Shown here: positions 47,420 through 57,195 of the stretch, in pieces | Position numbering within the stretch: position 1 is the stretch's first letter | How the letters are laid out: each line of letters begins with the position of its first letter | NCBI GenBank assembly: GCA_016178585.1 | Contig: JACOTA010000011.1 | Coordinates: 20,341 to 84,340 of the forward strand | DNA from: Nitrospirota bacterium | Lineage (GTDB): Bacteria > Nitrospirota > Nitrospiria > JACQBW01 | Length of the DNA: 64,000 bases | Reading direction: 5' to 3' | Program-made: the position numbers and the translations under genes | The notes under the pieces: model-generated | Database searches by the model: none | What the model was told of the DNA's origin: nothing | What the model saw: only the letters and a program-made list of their open reading frames with translations

Positions 47420-48229
47420 ATGAAAAAAACGGGTAATTTGCGGATCGAAGCCGAAAAGTATTTTAACGGGCTAAGAGACCGTATCTGCGAAAAATTCGAA
47501 GAAATCGAAAACGGCCAAACCTTTCAGAGAACCCCCTGGCAGAGAGACAGCGGCGGCAGCGGAGTCATCTCTGTCATGAAAGGAAAGGTTTTTGAAAAAG
47601 TGGGGGTAAATTGTTCTGCCGTATTTGGAGAACTTGACCCTGAATTTGGGAAAAACATTCCCGGATATCAAAAGTATTTCTTTGCCACAGGAATTTCACT
47701 GGTTGCCCATATGTTTAATCCCCTTGTGCCCGCCGTCCATATGAATTTAAGGTATATTGAAACTGATCATTCCTGGTTTGGCGGAGGGACCGATATGACC
47801 CCTTTTTTCCCTTTTGAAGAGGATAAACAGGAATTTCACCAAGCGTTAAAAAATGCTTGTGACAAACATGATCCGGAGTATTACCCAAAATTTAAAAAAT
47901 GGTGTGACGAATATTTTTATTTAGAGCACCGAAAAGAGCCTCGCGGAATCGGAGGCATTTTTTTTGATTATCTGGATAAAAATCTCGAAAAGGATTTTCC
48001 TTTTGTGCAAGAGGTGGGCGAAGCCTTTTTAAAGGTTTATCCGAAGATCGTTTCCCGGCGTAAAGACCTTCCCTTTACAGAGGAACAAAAGGAGTTTCAG
48101 CTTTATCGCCGGGGCCGTTATGTAGAATTTAATTTAATGTATGATCGTGGGACGCTCTTCGGGTTGAAGACGGGTGGAAATATTGATGCGATATTGATGT
48201 CCTTACCACCCGTAGTCAAATGGAAGTAG
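47420..48229 (+). CDS. hemF: oxygen-dependent coproporphyrinogen III oxidase
   Basis: The start is the ATG at 47420 (MKKTGNLRIEAEKYFNGL…), since the track's upstream M is TTG. HemF motifs are present (…RDSGGSGVISVMKG…, …GGIFFDYL…). Confidence 0.88.
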   Translation: MKKTGNLRIEAEKYFNGLRDRICEKFEEIENGQTFQRTPWQRDSGGSGVISVMKGKVFEKVGVNCSAVFGELDPEFGKNIPGYQKYFFATGISLVAHMFNPLVPAVHMNLRYIETDHSWFGGGTDMTPFFPFEEDKQEFHQALKNACDKHDPEYYPKFKKWCDEYFYLEHRKEPRGIGGIFFDYLDKNLEKDFPFVQEVGEAFLKVYPKIVSRRKDLPFTEEQKEFQLYRRGRYVEFNLMYDRGTLFGLKTGGNIDAILMSLPPVVKWK

Positions 48230-48512
48230 GGGAGTCGCTGAAAAACCCCCATCCATGGCTGAACACAACTAATACGACCTCCTTCTGAAAGCAACCGGTT
48301 TACCGCTCTCCATTCCATAAATTCAAGACATTCCCTCAAAAATAGCCCCTTTCTCCGAGCGCTTATATTGCGCCAGGCCTTATCCGATGTCAAACTTGCG
48401 CCAGAATCCAAAAACTCCCAATTTCGGCCCTTTTTGACAAAATGAAAATTAAAGCTAAACTTAGTATAACCATCTTTTTGATCTACCAAAAACTCTTTTT
48501 ATAAGGTTTCGA

Positions 48513-49433
48513 TTGAAAAAAAAGATCTCAATCTTGATTGTGGATGACTCCACTACTTTCCGAAAGGAAATTATTCGAATCCTCTCTTCCCGGAAAATTG
48601 CCGAAAACTTTATAGAAGCGTGCGATGGATCTGAAGGGTTGCAGATCCTTTTATCCAAAAAAAAGGTGGATTTAATTATCAGCGATTGGCTGATGCCCAA
48701 AATAGACGGGATTAAATTTCTCCAAACGGTCCGTTCTTATCCCGATCTTTATGACATCCCTTTCATCCTCATTACCGTTAAAGATCAAATGAAAGAAAAA
48801 ATACTCGGTTTTCAGCAAGGAGCTACGGATTATATCTCAAAGCCGTTTCATCCGGATGAATTTACCGTTCGGGTAATCAATCTTTTAAAAATCCGGGAGG
48901 TTCAAGAATCCCTCAAGGAAAAGAACAAGAAATTAGAGAAATTATCCACCCTTGACCCGCTTACCGGGTTATATAACAGAAATTATTTAAAACAGGCTTT
49001 AACGAAAGAATGGACAAGAAGCCAGCGATTTAAAAATTCGATCGGATGTTTGATGATGGATATCGATTTGTTTAAAAATATTAACGATATTCTGGGTCAT
49101 AAAGCGGGGGATGAGGTTTTAAGAGAAATGGCAAAAATCATCTCTTCTTTGCTCAGGGGATATGATTTTTCCTGCCGTTATGGCGGAGATGAATTCATTA
49201 TCATCCTTCCGGAAAACTCGAAGGCGGGAGTCAAAATCGTTGGAGAGCGGTTAAGAGAAAAAGTCTCCCTTCATCCCTTCTTAAAACGGCATAAGCTTCG
49301 GATAACCGTATCCATTGGCGGGATTTCAATAAAAGGAGATAAAGCCAAAGACGCTGAAAGTATTATTGCCAAAGCAGACAAGGCGCTCTACCGGGCCAAA
49401 AGGGGCGGAAAAAACCGGATCTGCGTGCTTTAA
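48513..49433 (+). CDS. response regulator receiver + GGDEF diguanylate cyclase (PleD/WspR-like)
   Basis: REC domain (ILIVDDS…DLIISDWLMP), a coiled linker and an intact GGDEF active site (RYGGDEFIIIL) with an upstream RxxD. Confidence 0.85.
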   Translation: MKKKISILIVDDSTTFRKEIIRILSSRKIAENFIEACDGSEGLQILLSKKKVDLIISDWLMPKIDGIKFLQTVRSYPDLYDIPFILITVKDQMKEKILGFQQGATDYISKPFHPDEFTVRVINLLKIREVQESLKEKNKKLEKLSTLDPLTGLYNRNYLKQALTKEWTRSQRFKNSIGCLMMDIDLFKNINDILGHKAGDEVLREMAKIISSLLRGYDFSCRYGGDEFIIILPENSKAGVKIVGERLREKVSLHPFLKRHKLRITVSIGGISIKGDKAKDAESIIAKADKALYRAKRGGKNRICVL

Positions 49434-49512
49434 ACACTCCTCCCGTATGACTTACCTTTGACAGCTTGAGCTTATGTGCTATCTTTTAATAGAAGTCAGC
49501 AAATGACAAGGG

Positions 49513-51050
49513 TTGCCTCAGCCTCTTACAGGTCGATTGACTGGTTTATCCAGAATCGGGGTTCGGGCCAATTGGACCCATGAGTGCGAAGATCAGCAAA
49601 AAGAGAGCGCCAACATGAAAGCTCCTTTACCGGATAACGAATTAGAAAGGCTTAACGCCCTTCACCAGTACAAGATCCTGGATACCCTTCCAATCAAAGC
49701 CTGGAAAATGAAATTGTAGAGCGCAAGCGGGCAGAACAACAAATCAATCATCAAGCCTACTACGACCTATTAACCGACCTCCCCAATCGGGTCTTCTTCC
49801 AGGAGCAACTGAAACAGACTCTTCTGATTACAAAGCGTGAAAACAAACCGCTCTATCTTCTAATCATGGATATAGACCGTTTCAAGGAGATCGGCAATGC
49901 CATCGGGCATCAGAAGGGAGATTTGATGTTACAGCAGTTCGGTCCGCGCGTCAGAGAGGCGCTCAGGGAGTCCGACCTGTTGGCCCGGTTGGAAGGGGGT
50001 AAATTCGCGGTGCTTCTTCCGTCAGCAGATATCGAAGGGGCGGTTGGGGTAATACGAAAGATTTTAAAGGTTCTGGAACGCCCTTTCATCATTGAAGGAC
50101 TAACGCTTTATGTGGAAGTGAGTATCGGGGTTGCAAACTATCCCGAACATGGGAACGAGGCCTCCATTCTTCTCCGGAGAGCGGATATTGCCTTGCAGCT
50201 GGCGGAGCAGACCGATGGTAAGTACTTTGTTTATGCTTCCGATAAAGATGAATATGACCCGTACCGCCTTGTTCTGATGGGAGAATTGCGCAATGCGCTG
50301 GACCGTGATGAGTTGTTTTTACTCTACCAGCCAAAGATTAACCTCAAGACAAACCGCATTTCAGGTGTAGAGGCCCTGGTGCGCTGGAAGCATCCCCAGC
50401 GGGGAATCCTTCCGCCGGACCAGTTCATCAGACTGGCGGAACAGACCGGACTGATCAAGCCTTTAACGCTCTGGGTACTTCACTCAGCCCTGCGCCAATG
50501 CCAGGCTTGGTGCAGGGAAGGGATTGAAATGAGTGTGGCAGTGAATCTATCAGCCCGGAACTTGCTCGATCCGAAACTGCCGAATCAGATTGCAGAGATA
50601 CTCCAGTCGTGCGCCGTAACAACAGACTGCCTGGAACTGGAAATTACCGAAAGCATCATCATGGCTGACCCGGCCCGGGCCATGGAGGTTCTGACGGGTC
50701 TGAGCAAAATGGGAATACGCCTGTCCATTGACGATTTCGGCACCGGCTATTCCTCCCTGGGTTATCTCAAGAAACTTCCTGTGAATACGATCAAAATTGA
50801 TAAATCTTTTGTCTTGAAAATGGCCACGAACAGGGACGACGCGGTGATTGTGGGTTCAACCATCGACCTTGCCCACAATCTGTCCCTAAAGGTCGTGGCT
50901 GAGGGGGTGGAAGACCGGGAAACATGGGATCAGCTGACTGCCATGGGTTGCGATACGGCACAAGGGTATTATATGTGCCGTCCTATTCCTCCGGTGGAAC
51001 TGACCCGCTGGTTGGAGGAGTCGCCCTGGGGTTTCCAGAGGCTCTCTTAA
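49513..51050 (+). pseudogene. disrupted GAF-GGDEF-EAL signalling gene; intact EAL phosphodiesterase ORF 49866..51050
   Basis: 49513-49719 encodes only the first ~25 aa of a GAF domain (LPDNELERLNALHQYKILDTLP) and then stops. The linker and GGDEF (ENEIVERKRAEQQINHQAYYDLLTDLPNR…) continue in another frame with no start codon until the ATG at 49866. The GGDEF motif is degenerate (GGKFAVLL) and the EAL motifs look intact (EALVRW…, …DDFGTGYSSL…). Confidence 0.6.
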
Positions 51051-51154
51051 AGCCTGGGACCACCGTCCACCGCATAAGGTCCGACCACTATTTAAGGGTG
51101 AGGCTTTACTCATCTCTGTCCCTCATTCTGGAAGGTGTAAAAAGACGAAGGGTT

Positions 51155-51463
51155 TTAAAAAGTGGCGGTTTGGTCGATTTCGACGTGTAAGCGGATTTCT
51201 TTCAAAATATTGGCGACTTTTATGCATTTCTCCAGGTTTCCTGAATAACAGATGGCTCTCCCCTTGTTGTGTGCTTCCAAACAAATTTCAACGGACTTTT
51301 CAAGCGAAAAACCCGTTGCTTTTTGAACCTGAAGGATCACTTCGTCGAAAGAGTGGACGTCATCGTTATAGAGAATCACATTCCACGGCAGGTCGGTTTG
51401 CAGGCCGCTTTCCGTTTCCTCCAGTAAAATCGTTCCCGGTTGTTCCAGCGATAAGATTGACAA
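51155..51463 (-). CDS. clpS: ATP-dependent Clp protease adaptor ClpS
   Basis: 102 aa (…WNVILYNDDVHSFDEVILQVQKATGFSLEKSVEICLEAHNKGRAIC…). Confidence 0.85.
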   Translation of the reverse strand: MSILSLEQPGTILLEETESGLQTDLPWNVILYNDDVHSFDEVILQVQKATGFSLEKSVEICLEAHNKGRAICYSGNLEKCIKVANILKEIRLHVEIDQTATF

Positions 51464-51473
51464 ATAGGTCCTC

Positions 51474-53549
51474 TTAATTATTTTTTTTTCGGGTCATCAG
51501 GTTTTTTAGATCTTCCCAGTGCGTTACCGGGGGTGAACAGGTAAAATTTTCGCAAAAATATGCGGTGACCTGGCCATTTACCATTCGTTTTTCCGAAATG
51601 GTTTTGAGCGGACCTGAGCCTTCGACCTCTTTTTCAGTCACCGGATAGATTGCGGTATGAGGAAGGTAGATCTCCTTTAAACGGTCCAGCCACGGATTGA
51701 TATCCTCCAGGTTTGGTCCAACAAGCACCACCTGGTTTTTTCTGACGTTATCATCGTAGGCGCAAAGAAAGCTCCCGAAACCAAAGGGATTCCCTTCCAT
51801 TTGTTCAGCATAGATTTTAAATAAAACCTTTGCGAAATCGAGATAAACCTTTTGTTCCGTATGATCATAAAGACGGCTTAAATTCCGGGCGGCAACCGCA
51901 TTTCCAGACGGAATGGAGTGATCCTGCCCGCTTTTAGGACGGTTGATGAGAATTTCGTGGTGGGAGCCGGTAAAAAAGAAGCCGCCCTCTTCCTTATCCC
52001 AGAAATTGGCAAGCAGAGTATCAGTCAACACAATGGCTTTCTCGAGCGTCTCTTTTTGATGCGTGGTTTCATAAAGGTCGAGAAGCGCCGCAGTCACAAA
52101 AGCATAATCATCCAGATAACCGTTTAATTTTGCCGTCCCGTCCTTATAGGTTGCCAGTAATATTTCGTTTTGATAAAGATGCTTAAATAAAAATTGGATT
52201 CCCTTTACGGCGGCGGCTAAATAAGTTTCGTCTCCAATCACGCGGTATCCTTCTATCAATCCGGAAATCATTAACCCGTTCCAGCTGGTTAGAATTTTTT
52301 CATCACGGTCCGGTTTGATGCGGGTCTCTCTTTTTTCAAAGAGGGTTTTCTTCGCGTCACGGATGATTTTTTCGATAACTTCTGGCGGTTGGTTAAATTC
52401 GCCCGCAACCTTTTTGAGTTCATAGGGGGTGTTGAGGATCGTGCGGCCTTCGAAATTCCCCTGCTGGGTGATATCGAAATAACGGCAAACGACGGAACTG
52501 GTTTCGGGCGATAAAATCTGGTTAACTTCCATGAGCGTCCAGACAAAGAATTTTCCTTCCACTCCCTCGCTGTCCGCATCCTGAGTGGAGTAAAAACCCC
52601 CTTCGGGAGAGGTCATTTCCCTCAGAACGTAGTCCAGGGTTTCAGCGGCAATCTGTTTAAAAAAGGGATTTTGTGACAGTTGAAAACCCAGGAGAAAAAG
52701 AGGAACCATTTGCGCGTTATCATAAAGCATTTTTTCGAAATGGGGAACAAGCCAGCGCTCATCCACGGAATAGCGGTGGAATCCGCCTCCGAGCTGGTCG
52801 TAAATTCCACCGGTGGCCATTTTATGAAGCGTGTGAAGCACCTTGTTCAAGTACGATTCGTCGCGACTGCTTTCATAAAACCTTAAAAAGAGCTGGTGAA
52901 TCATCGTGCTGGGAAATTTAGGCGCTCCTCCAAAACCTCCGTAGGCCGGATTATAAAACTGGGCTAAAGCTTCAACGCTTTTTTTGATCAAGTCCTGAGG
53001 AATTTCATCCTTTTTGGGATAAACCTTCCCCATTTTAGAAAGGCCCATCAACGCCTGAGTTGAGTTTTTAATGACTTCGTCATGATTGTCGGTATAGGCT
53101 TTTGCCACAGCTTCGAGTGCCCGTGGAAAGCCGGGGAGATTGTAGCGATCTTCCGGAGGAAAATAAGTCCCACCATAAAACGGAACTTGTTCCGGCGTTA
53201 AAAACATGGTGAGGGGCCACCCACCTCCCCTTTTGATAAAAAATTGAACGGCATTTTGATAAATCTGATCAAGGTCTGGCCGCTCTTCCCGATCGACCTT
53301 AATATTGATAAAATAACGATTCATTAAAGCGGCCGTCTCCTCATCTTCGAACGACTCTTTTTCCATGACATGGCACCAGTGGCAGGCCGAATAGCCGATG
53401 CTTAACAAAATCGGTTTATTTTCTTTTTTTGCGCGGGTTAACGCCTCTTCTCCCCATCCGTACCATTCAACGGGGTTATGCGCATGTTGAAGCAGGTAGG
53501 GGCTGGTTTCTTTGATGAGAGAATTTGTAAATCGTTGTTCTTTAGACAT
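51474..53549 (-). CDS. thioredoxin-domain protein, YyaL/DUF255 family (N-terminal thioredoxin + six-hairpin glycosidase-like domain)
   Basis: 691 aa with an N-terminal DUF255 (…[33 protein letters not shown]…) and a C-terminal alpha/alpha-toroid region. Confidence 0.8.
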   Translation of the reverse strand: MSKEQRFTNSLIKETSPYLLQHAHNPVEWYGWGEEALTRAKKENKPILLSIGYSACHWCHVMEKESFEDEETAALMNRYFINIKVDREERPDLDQIYQNAVQFFIKRGGGWPLTMFLTPEQVPFYGGTYFPPEDRYNLPGFPRALEAVAKAYTDNHDEVIKNSTQALMGLSKMGKVYPKKDEIPQDLIKKSVEALAQFYNPAYGGFGGAPKFPSTMIHQLFLRFYESSRDESYLNKVLHTLHKMATGGIYDQLGGGFHRYSVDERWLVPHFEKMLYDNAQMVPLFLLGFQLSQNPFFKQIAAETLDYVLREMTSPEGGFYSTQDADSEGVEGKFFVWTLMEVNQILSPETSSVVCRYFDITQQGNFEGRTILNTPYELKKVAGEFNQPPEVIEKIIRDAKKTLFEKRETRIKPDRDEKILTSWNGLMISGLIEGYRVIGDETYLAAAVKGIQFLFKHLYQNEILLATYKDGTAKLNGYLDDYAFVTAALLDLYETTHQKETLEKAIVLTDTLLANFWDKEEGGFFFTGSHHEILINRPKSGQDHSIPSGNAVAARNLSRLYDHTEQKVYLDFAKVLFKIYAEQMEGNPFGFGSFLCAYDDNVRKNQVVLVGPNLEDINPWLDRLKEIYLPHTAIYPVTEKEVEGSGPLKTISEKRMVNGQVTAYFCENFTCSPPVTHWEDLKNLMTRKKNN

Positions 53550-53653
53550 GACTGTCCCTTATAAGTGTTTAGACCATTATTTTAAGAGGGTTTTGCGTTG
53601 GAGTAAATAAAAAAGCACTAGACAGCCTAAACGTAAAAAAGCTATGATTAAAA

Positions 53654-54232
53654 ATGCGTTTGAAACGCGAATTCTTTTTGAGATCCCCTGAAATCGTTGC
53701 CCGAAATCTTCTGGGAAAGTCGTTATTTTTTCGGGGCAAACGTGTTATTATCGTCGAAGCAGAGTCTTATGGCGTGAATGATCCTGCCTGTCATGCCTTT
53801 CGGGGTAAAACTCCGCGAAATGAGCCGATGTTTAAAGAGGGCGGAAGAAGTTACGTCTATTTTATTTACGGAATGCACTACTGTTTTAATGTCGTCACGG
53901 GGAAAGAAGGAATTCCCTCTGCTGTTTTAATCAGGGGAGGTTTCCCGATTGCGGGTTTAAAAGAAATTAAGAAATTACGGGGAAAAAGCGAACCGGAAAA
54001 GAAAATCCTTATCGGTCCAGGAAATTTTTGTAAAGGTCTGGGAATCGGGCGCGAAGAGAATGACCTTAATTTATGTGAATCTACGGATTTTTATTTTTAT
54101 GAAGGGGATACCGAAGCGGCGGGATTAACAATTGGAACTTCTCCCCGAATCGGGATTTCTGAAGGAAAAGATAAACTTTGGCGGTTTTTTCTAAAAGACT
54201 TTTCGATTGAACAAATCAAGGTTGCGCGGTGA
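53654..54232 (+). CDS. mpg: DNA-3-methyladenine glycosylase (Mpg/AAG family)
   Basis: 192 aa (…RIVEAESYGVNDPACHA…, …GPGNFCKGLGI…). Confidence 0.85.
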   Translation: MRLKREFFLRSPEIVARNLLGKSLFFRGKRVIIVEAESYGVNDPACHAFRGKTPRNEPMFKEGGRSYVYFIYGMHYCFNVVTGKEGIPSAVLIRGGFPIAGLKEIKKLRGKSEPEKKILIGPGNFCKGLGIGREENDLNLCESTDFYFYEGDTEAAGLTIGTSPRIGISEGKDKLWRFFLKDFSIEQIKVAR

Positions 54233-54248
54233 AAGGAAATAAAGAAGG

Positions 54249-55811
54249 ATGGTACCCAAACAGGTAAATTCTTTTGCTGAGATTTACCATCAAAAAACCA
54301 AATATTTCAGGGAGGAAATTGCCGGCAATCCCAGACAATTGGACTGGAGCGCCCAACCCTCTCCTTTTAAAGATTACCATTCGGAAAATAAGATTGATTT
54401 AACGCCCTATCTTCCCTTTCAGAAAAACCCCTTTACCGGGAAGTCTATGGCTTATCCCCCGTTTGGTGACGATGAAGGGTTAAGTTTGGGAAACATTTCA
54501 CGTCTTTTATATTTTACAAACGGTGTGACCGGGATTTTGCAATATCCGAACGGCGCAAAGCTATACCTCAGGGCCGCTCCAACCGCGGGAGGGTTATATC
54601 CCACTGAAATTTATGTCGCTGTCAGGGATATCCTCCGCATGCCTAACGGAATTTATAATTTTCAGGTCAAGGATCATTCGCTGGTGCCCCTCTGGGAAGG
54701 AAACTTTTGGAATGAATTCAGCCAGTATTGTTTTGGCCATGAGGCGATTGACCAATCGAATTTACTCATCATTATGACGGCGGTATTTCAGAGAAGCGCC
54801 TGGCGATATGAGGACAGGGCCTATCGGAGAATCCTCCTTGATACGGGGCATATCCTCGGTAATTTAAATGGGTCTGCCGAAAAAGAGGGCCTGGGGGTCT
54901 ACCCGATCAGCGGTTTTTTTGATCAGGCGCTCAATCAACTTCTTTTCCTTGACGAAACTGAAGAGGGGGTGCTCATGATGAATGCCCTTCCGTCGTTAAA
55001 GACTCTTAAAGCGACAGAGATTCGAAGGAGTTCCGTTTATGCCTCTTCTACAAAAAAGGAAGAACCTGATCTTAAGAAAGGCCTTCTTTTGGGCCTGCAC
55101 GAAGCCTCTTATTTGGGTAAAGACGATTTTCTATTAGAAGGGATCATGCCGGATACCGATTCCATCGAAGATAAATATTCGTCCCGTACATCCATCTCTT
55201 TGAAGGGGAAACCCCTGGATTTTGGGAATAAGGGGATTGAACAAACCATTCTCGAAAGGCGGTCAACGCGTGCGTATTCCGGCCAATCGTTATTTAAGGA
55301 TGAGTTGGCGGATTTGCTGGCTTATGCCTATGATCCGGCTATTTTAAAGGATGAAACGGATTCCGAGAATAGGGGGCTTCCTCAGGTTTTTGACCCTTCG
55401 TTACTCGAGACTTTCGTGATTATTCACGGCGTAATTGAAATCGAGTCGGGGGTTTATTATTATGCCCCGATGCAGCAGGAATTAAGGCTGATTCGAAGTG
55501 GTCAATTCAAGCAGGCAACCTGGGAGTTTTGTTTGGGTCAGGAATTGGGAAGAGATGCTTCGGTGATTGTCGTCCACGCTTCCCATTTACCGAATTCCGT
55601 TTCAAAGTATGGCAACAGGGCCTACCGGTATCTTCACCTTGACGCGGGACATTTGGGACAAAGGCTAAACCTCGCAGCCATTCGACTGGGGTTAGGCGCC
55701 AGCGGTATTGGCGGTTTTTTCGATGATGAGGTCAACGCGTTGCTTCAGTTGTCTTTGGATTATGCCATTGTGTATATTACAACCATCGGCAGACCTGTAA
55801 CCGCATCATAA
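54249..55811 (+). CDS. SagB/ThcOx-family dehydrogenase (tandem nitroreductase-like domains)
   Basis: 520 aa, reading as two nitroreductase-fold halves. The second has a clear RRSTRAYSG FMN-binding motif and a C-terminal GIGGFFDDEV. It lies 17 nt downstream of mpg. Confidence 0.6.
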   Translation: MVPKQVNSFAEIYHQKTKYFREEIAGNPRQLDWSAQPSPFKDYHSENKIDLTPYLPFQKNPFTGKSMAYPPFGDDEGLSLGNISRLLYFTNGVTGILQYPNGAKLYLRAAPTAGGLYPTEIYVAVRDILRMPNGIYNFQVKDHSLVPLWEGNFWNEFSQYCFGHEAIDQSNLLIIMTAVFQRSAWRYEDRAYRRILLDTGHILGNLNGSAEKEGLGVYPISGFFDQALNQLLFLDETEEGVLMMNALPSLKTLKATEIRRSSVYASSTKKEEPDLKKGLLLGLHEASYLGKDDFLLEGIMPDTDSIEDKYSSRTSISLKGKPLDFGNKGIEQTILERRSTRAYSGQSLFKDELADLLAYAYDPAILKDETDSENRGLPQVFDPSLLETFVIIHGVIEIESGVYYYAPMQQELRLIRSGQFKQATWEFCLGQELGRDASVIVVHASHLPNSVSKYGNRAYRYLHLDAGHLGQRLNLAAIRLGLGASGIGGFFDDEVNALLQLSLDYAIVYITTIGRPVTAS

Positions 55812-55836
55812 AGTGTAACAACGGGCTATTGCCAGT

Positions 55837-55900
55837 GACGGATTGTGGAATGGTCGTAGTTAGACCGAGACGGATTGTGGAATGGTCGTAGTTAGACCGA
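55837..55900 (+). repeat. perfect tandem duplication, 2 x 32 nt (GACGGATTGTGGAATGGTCGTAGTTAGACCGA), followed by a degenerate third unit
   Basis: Positions 55837-55868 and 55869-55900 are identical. The next ~30 nt (GCGGAACGCGGGGTTCGGGGGCAT…) share weak periodicity with the unit. Confidence 0.9.
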
Positions 55901-56015
55901 GCGGAACGCGGGGTTCGGGGGCATTGAGAGCGGAGCGAGCAGGCCCCTGAGTCTAATAAGATCATGGGTCGATGTCTGGAACCGGCTGATGACGAGGAAG
56001 AAAGGGTAGCGAAAA

Positions 56016-56261
56016 ATGGATGATTTTAAAGAAGGAAAAAATCAGTTTTTGCAGATCCTTAAACAAATTGATCCGGATGTGCAGGCGGTGATCCCGGTTA
56101 CGCCCTCCAACGGACATTTTTTAATTTCTTTGACCCGCAAAAGCGCCAGAAAATTTATAATGATCGGAGAGGATGATATTTTAGATCTCCCGGCTGACCA
56201 TACCATTCGAAATGAGGTCGAAGAACAAATTAAAGAAACAGTTCAATCAATGAGAGACTAA
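56016..56261 (+). CDS. hypothetical small protein (81 aa)
   Basis: The ORF is preceded by GGAAGAAAGGG and followed by the hairpin CAACCGGCtttGCCGGTG. No motifs were recognised. Confidence 0.4.
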   Translation: MDDFKEGKNQFLQILKQIDPDVQAVIPVTPSNGHFLISLTRKSARKFIMIGEDDILDLPADHTIRNEVEEQIKETVQSMRD

Positions 56262-56422
56262 AATATAAAATAATAATATAAAGTGAAGCAACCGGCTTTG
56301 CCGGTGCGGAACGCGGGGTTCGGGGGCATCTGGAGGCTCCGAGCTTGCTTTGGGAGCGATCCCCGCAGCGGACATATGGTTTAAATCATGTCTCCGCACG
56401 GGTCCCTGAATATAATGGAGAA

Positions 56423-57037
56423 ATGATGGAAAAAACATTTGATGATGTCGTAGGATTTCACGGACATTTGTGTCTGGATATCGCAATGGGATATCGGATT
56501 GCCAAAGCCGCTGTCCGGGAGATGGGGTCTGAACTTAAAAACATGAAAGAGGTCGTCGCAATGGTGGAAAATGAAACATGCGCCGTTGACGCAATTCAGG
56601 AGTATACCGGATGCACGCTTGGAAAACGAAATCTCACGATGACGGCAACCGGTAAGCCGGTTTACCTCCTCCAAAACACCAAAACCCAGAACGCGGTCCG
56701 GCTTTATTGTCATTATTGGGAAACGTTTGATCCGGATGGTTCCCACAGCGCCAGGCGGAAGGCGATGACGGGGCCAGGCGCCACGCCGGAGCAGAAAGAA
56801 GCTTTTCAAAAAGAATTGAATGAAAAGATCCAGGAAATTTTAACGCTTCCGGAAGAGAAGCTCTTCAGGGTTAAAAAAATAAAATTACCGCCTCCTCCGA
56901 AAGTCGGAAAATACAAGGCCAAACCTTGCGGAAACTGCGGAGAGTATACCCACGAAGGTCGTTTTAAAGAAATTGACGGAAAAAAGGTCTGTATCTCCTG
57001 CTATGAAGCGGCCCTCGAACGAAAAAAATGGACCTAG
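56423..57037 (+). CDS. FmdE-family protein with C-terminal zinc ribbon
   Basis: An ATG at 56423 follows a GGAG RBS. The FmdE hallmark FHGHLCLDIAMGYRIAKAA is present, along with a C-terminal CGNCGE…CISC zinc ribbon. Confidence 0.7.
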   Translation: MMEKTFDDVVGFHGHLCLDIAMGYRIAKAAVREMGSELKNMKEVVAMVENETCAVDAIQEYTGCTLGKRNLTMTATGKPVYLLQNTKTQNAVRLYCHYWETFDPDGSHSARRKAMTGPGATPEQKEAFQKELNEKIQEILTLPEEKLFRVKKIKLPPPPKVGKYKAKPCGNCGEYTHEGRFKEIDGKKVCISCYEAALERKKWT

Positions 57038-57195
57038 GCGATTTTCGTCTCTTTACGTCTTCCAGCCTATCGGGTATATTTAACATAGACCGAATGAACC
57101 CAGCAAGGTCTCTCTCTTATTTAAATTGAATCCTTGTTCCCTCGACAGACGAAATCCGTTTTCCGGGATAAGAAGTATTTGTTTAGGTTTTCGTT

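Noticed and set aside
55837-55965. Possible CRISPR array (the direct repeats GACGGATTGTGGAATGGTCGTAGTTAGACCGA)
   Set aside because: There are only two contiguous copies with no spacers between them, and no cas genes in the window. It is a simple tandem duplication.
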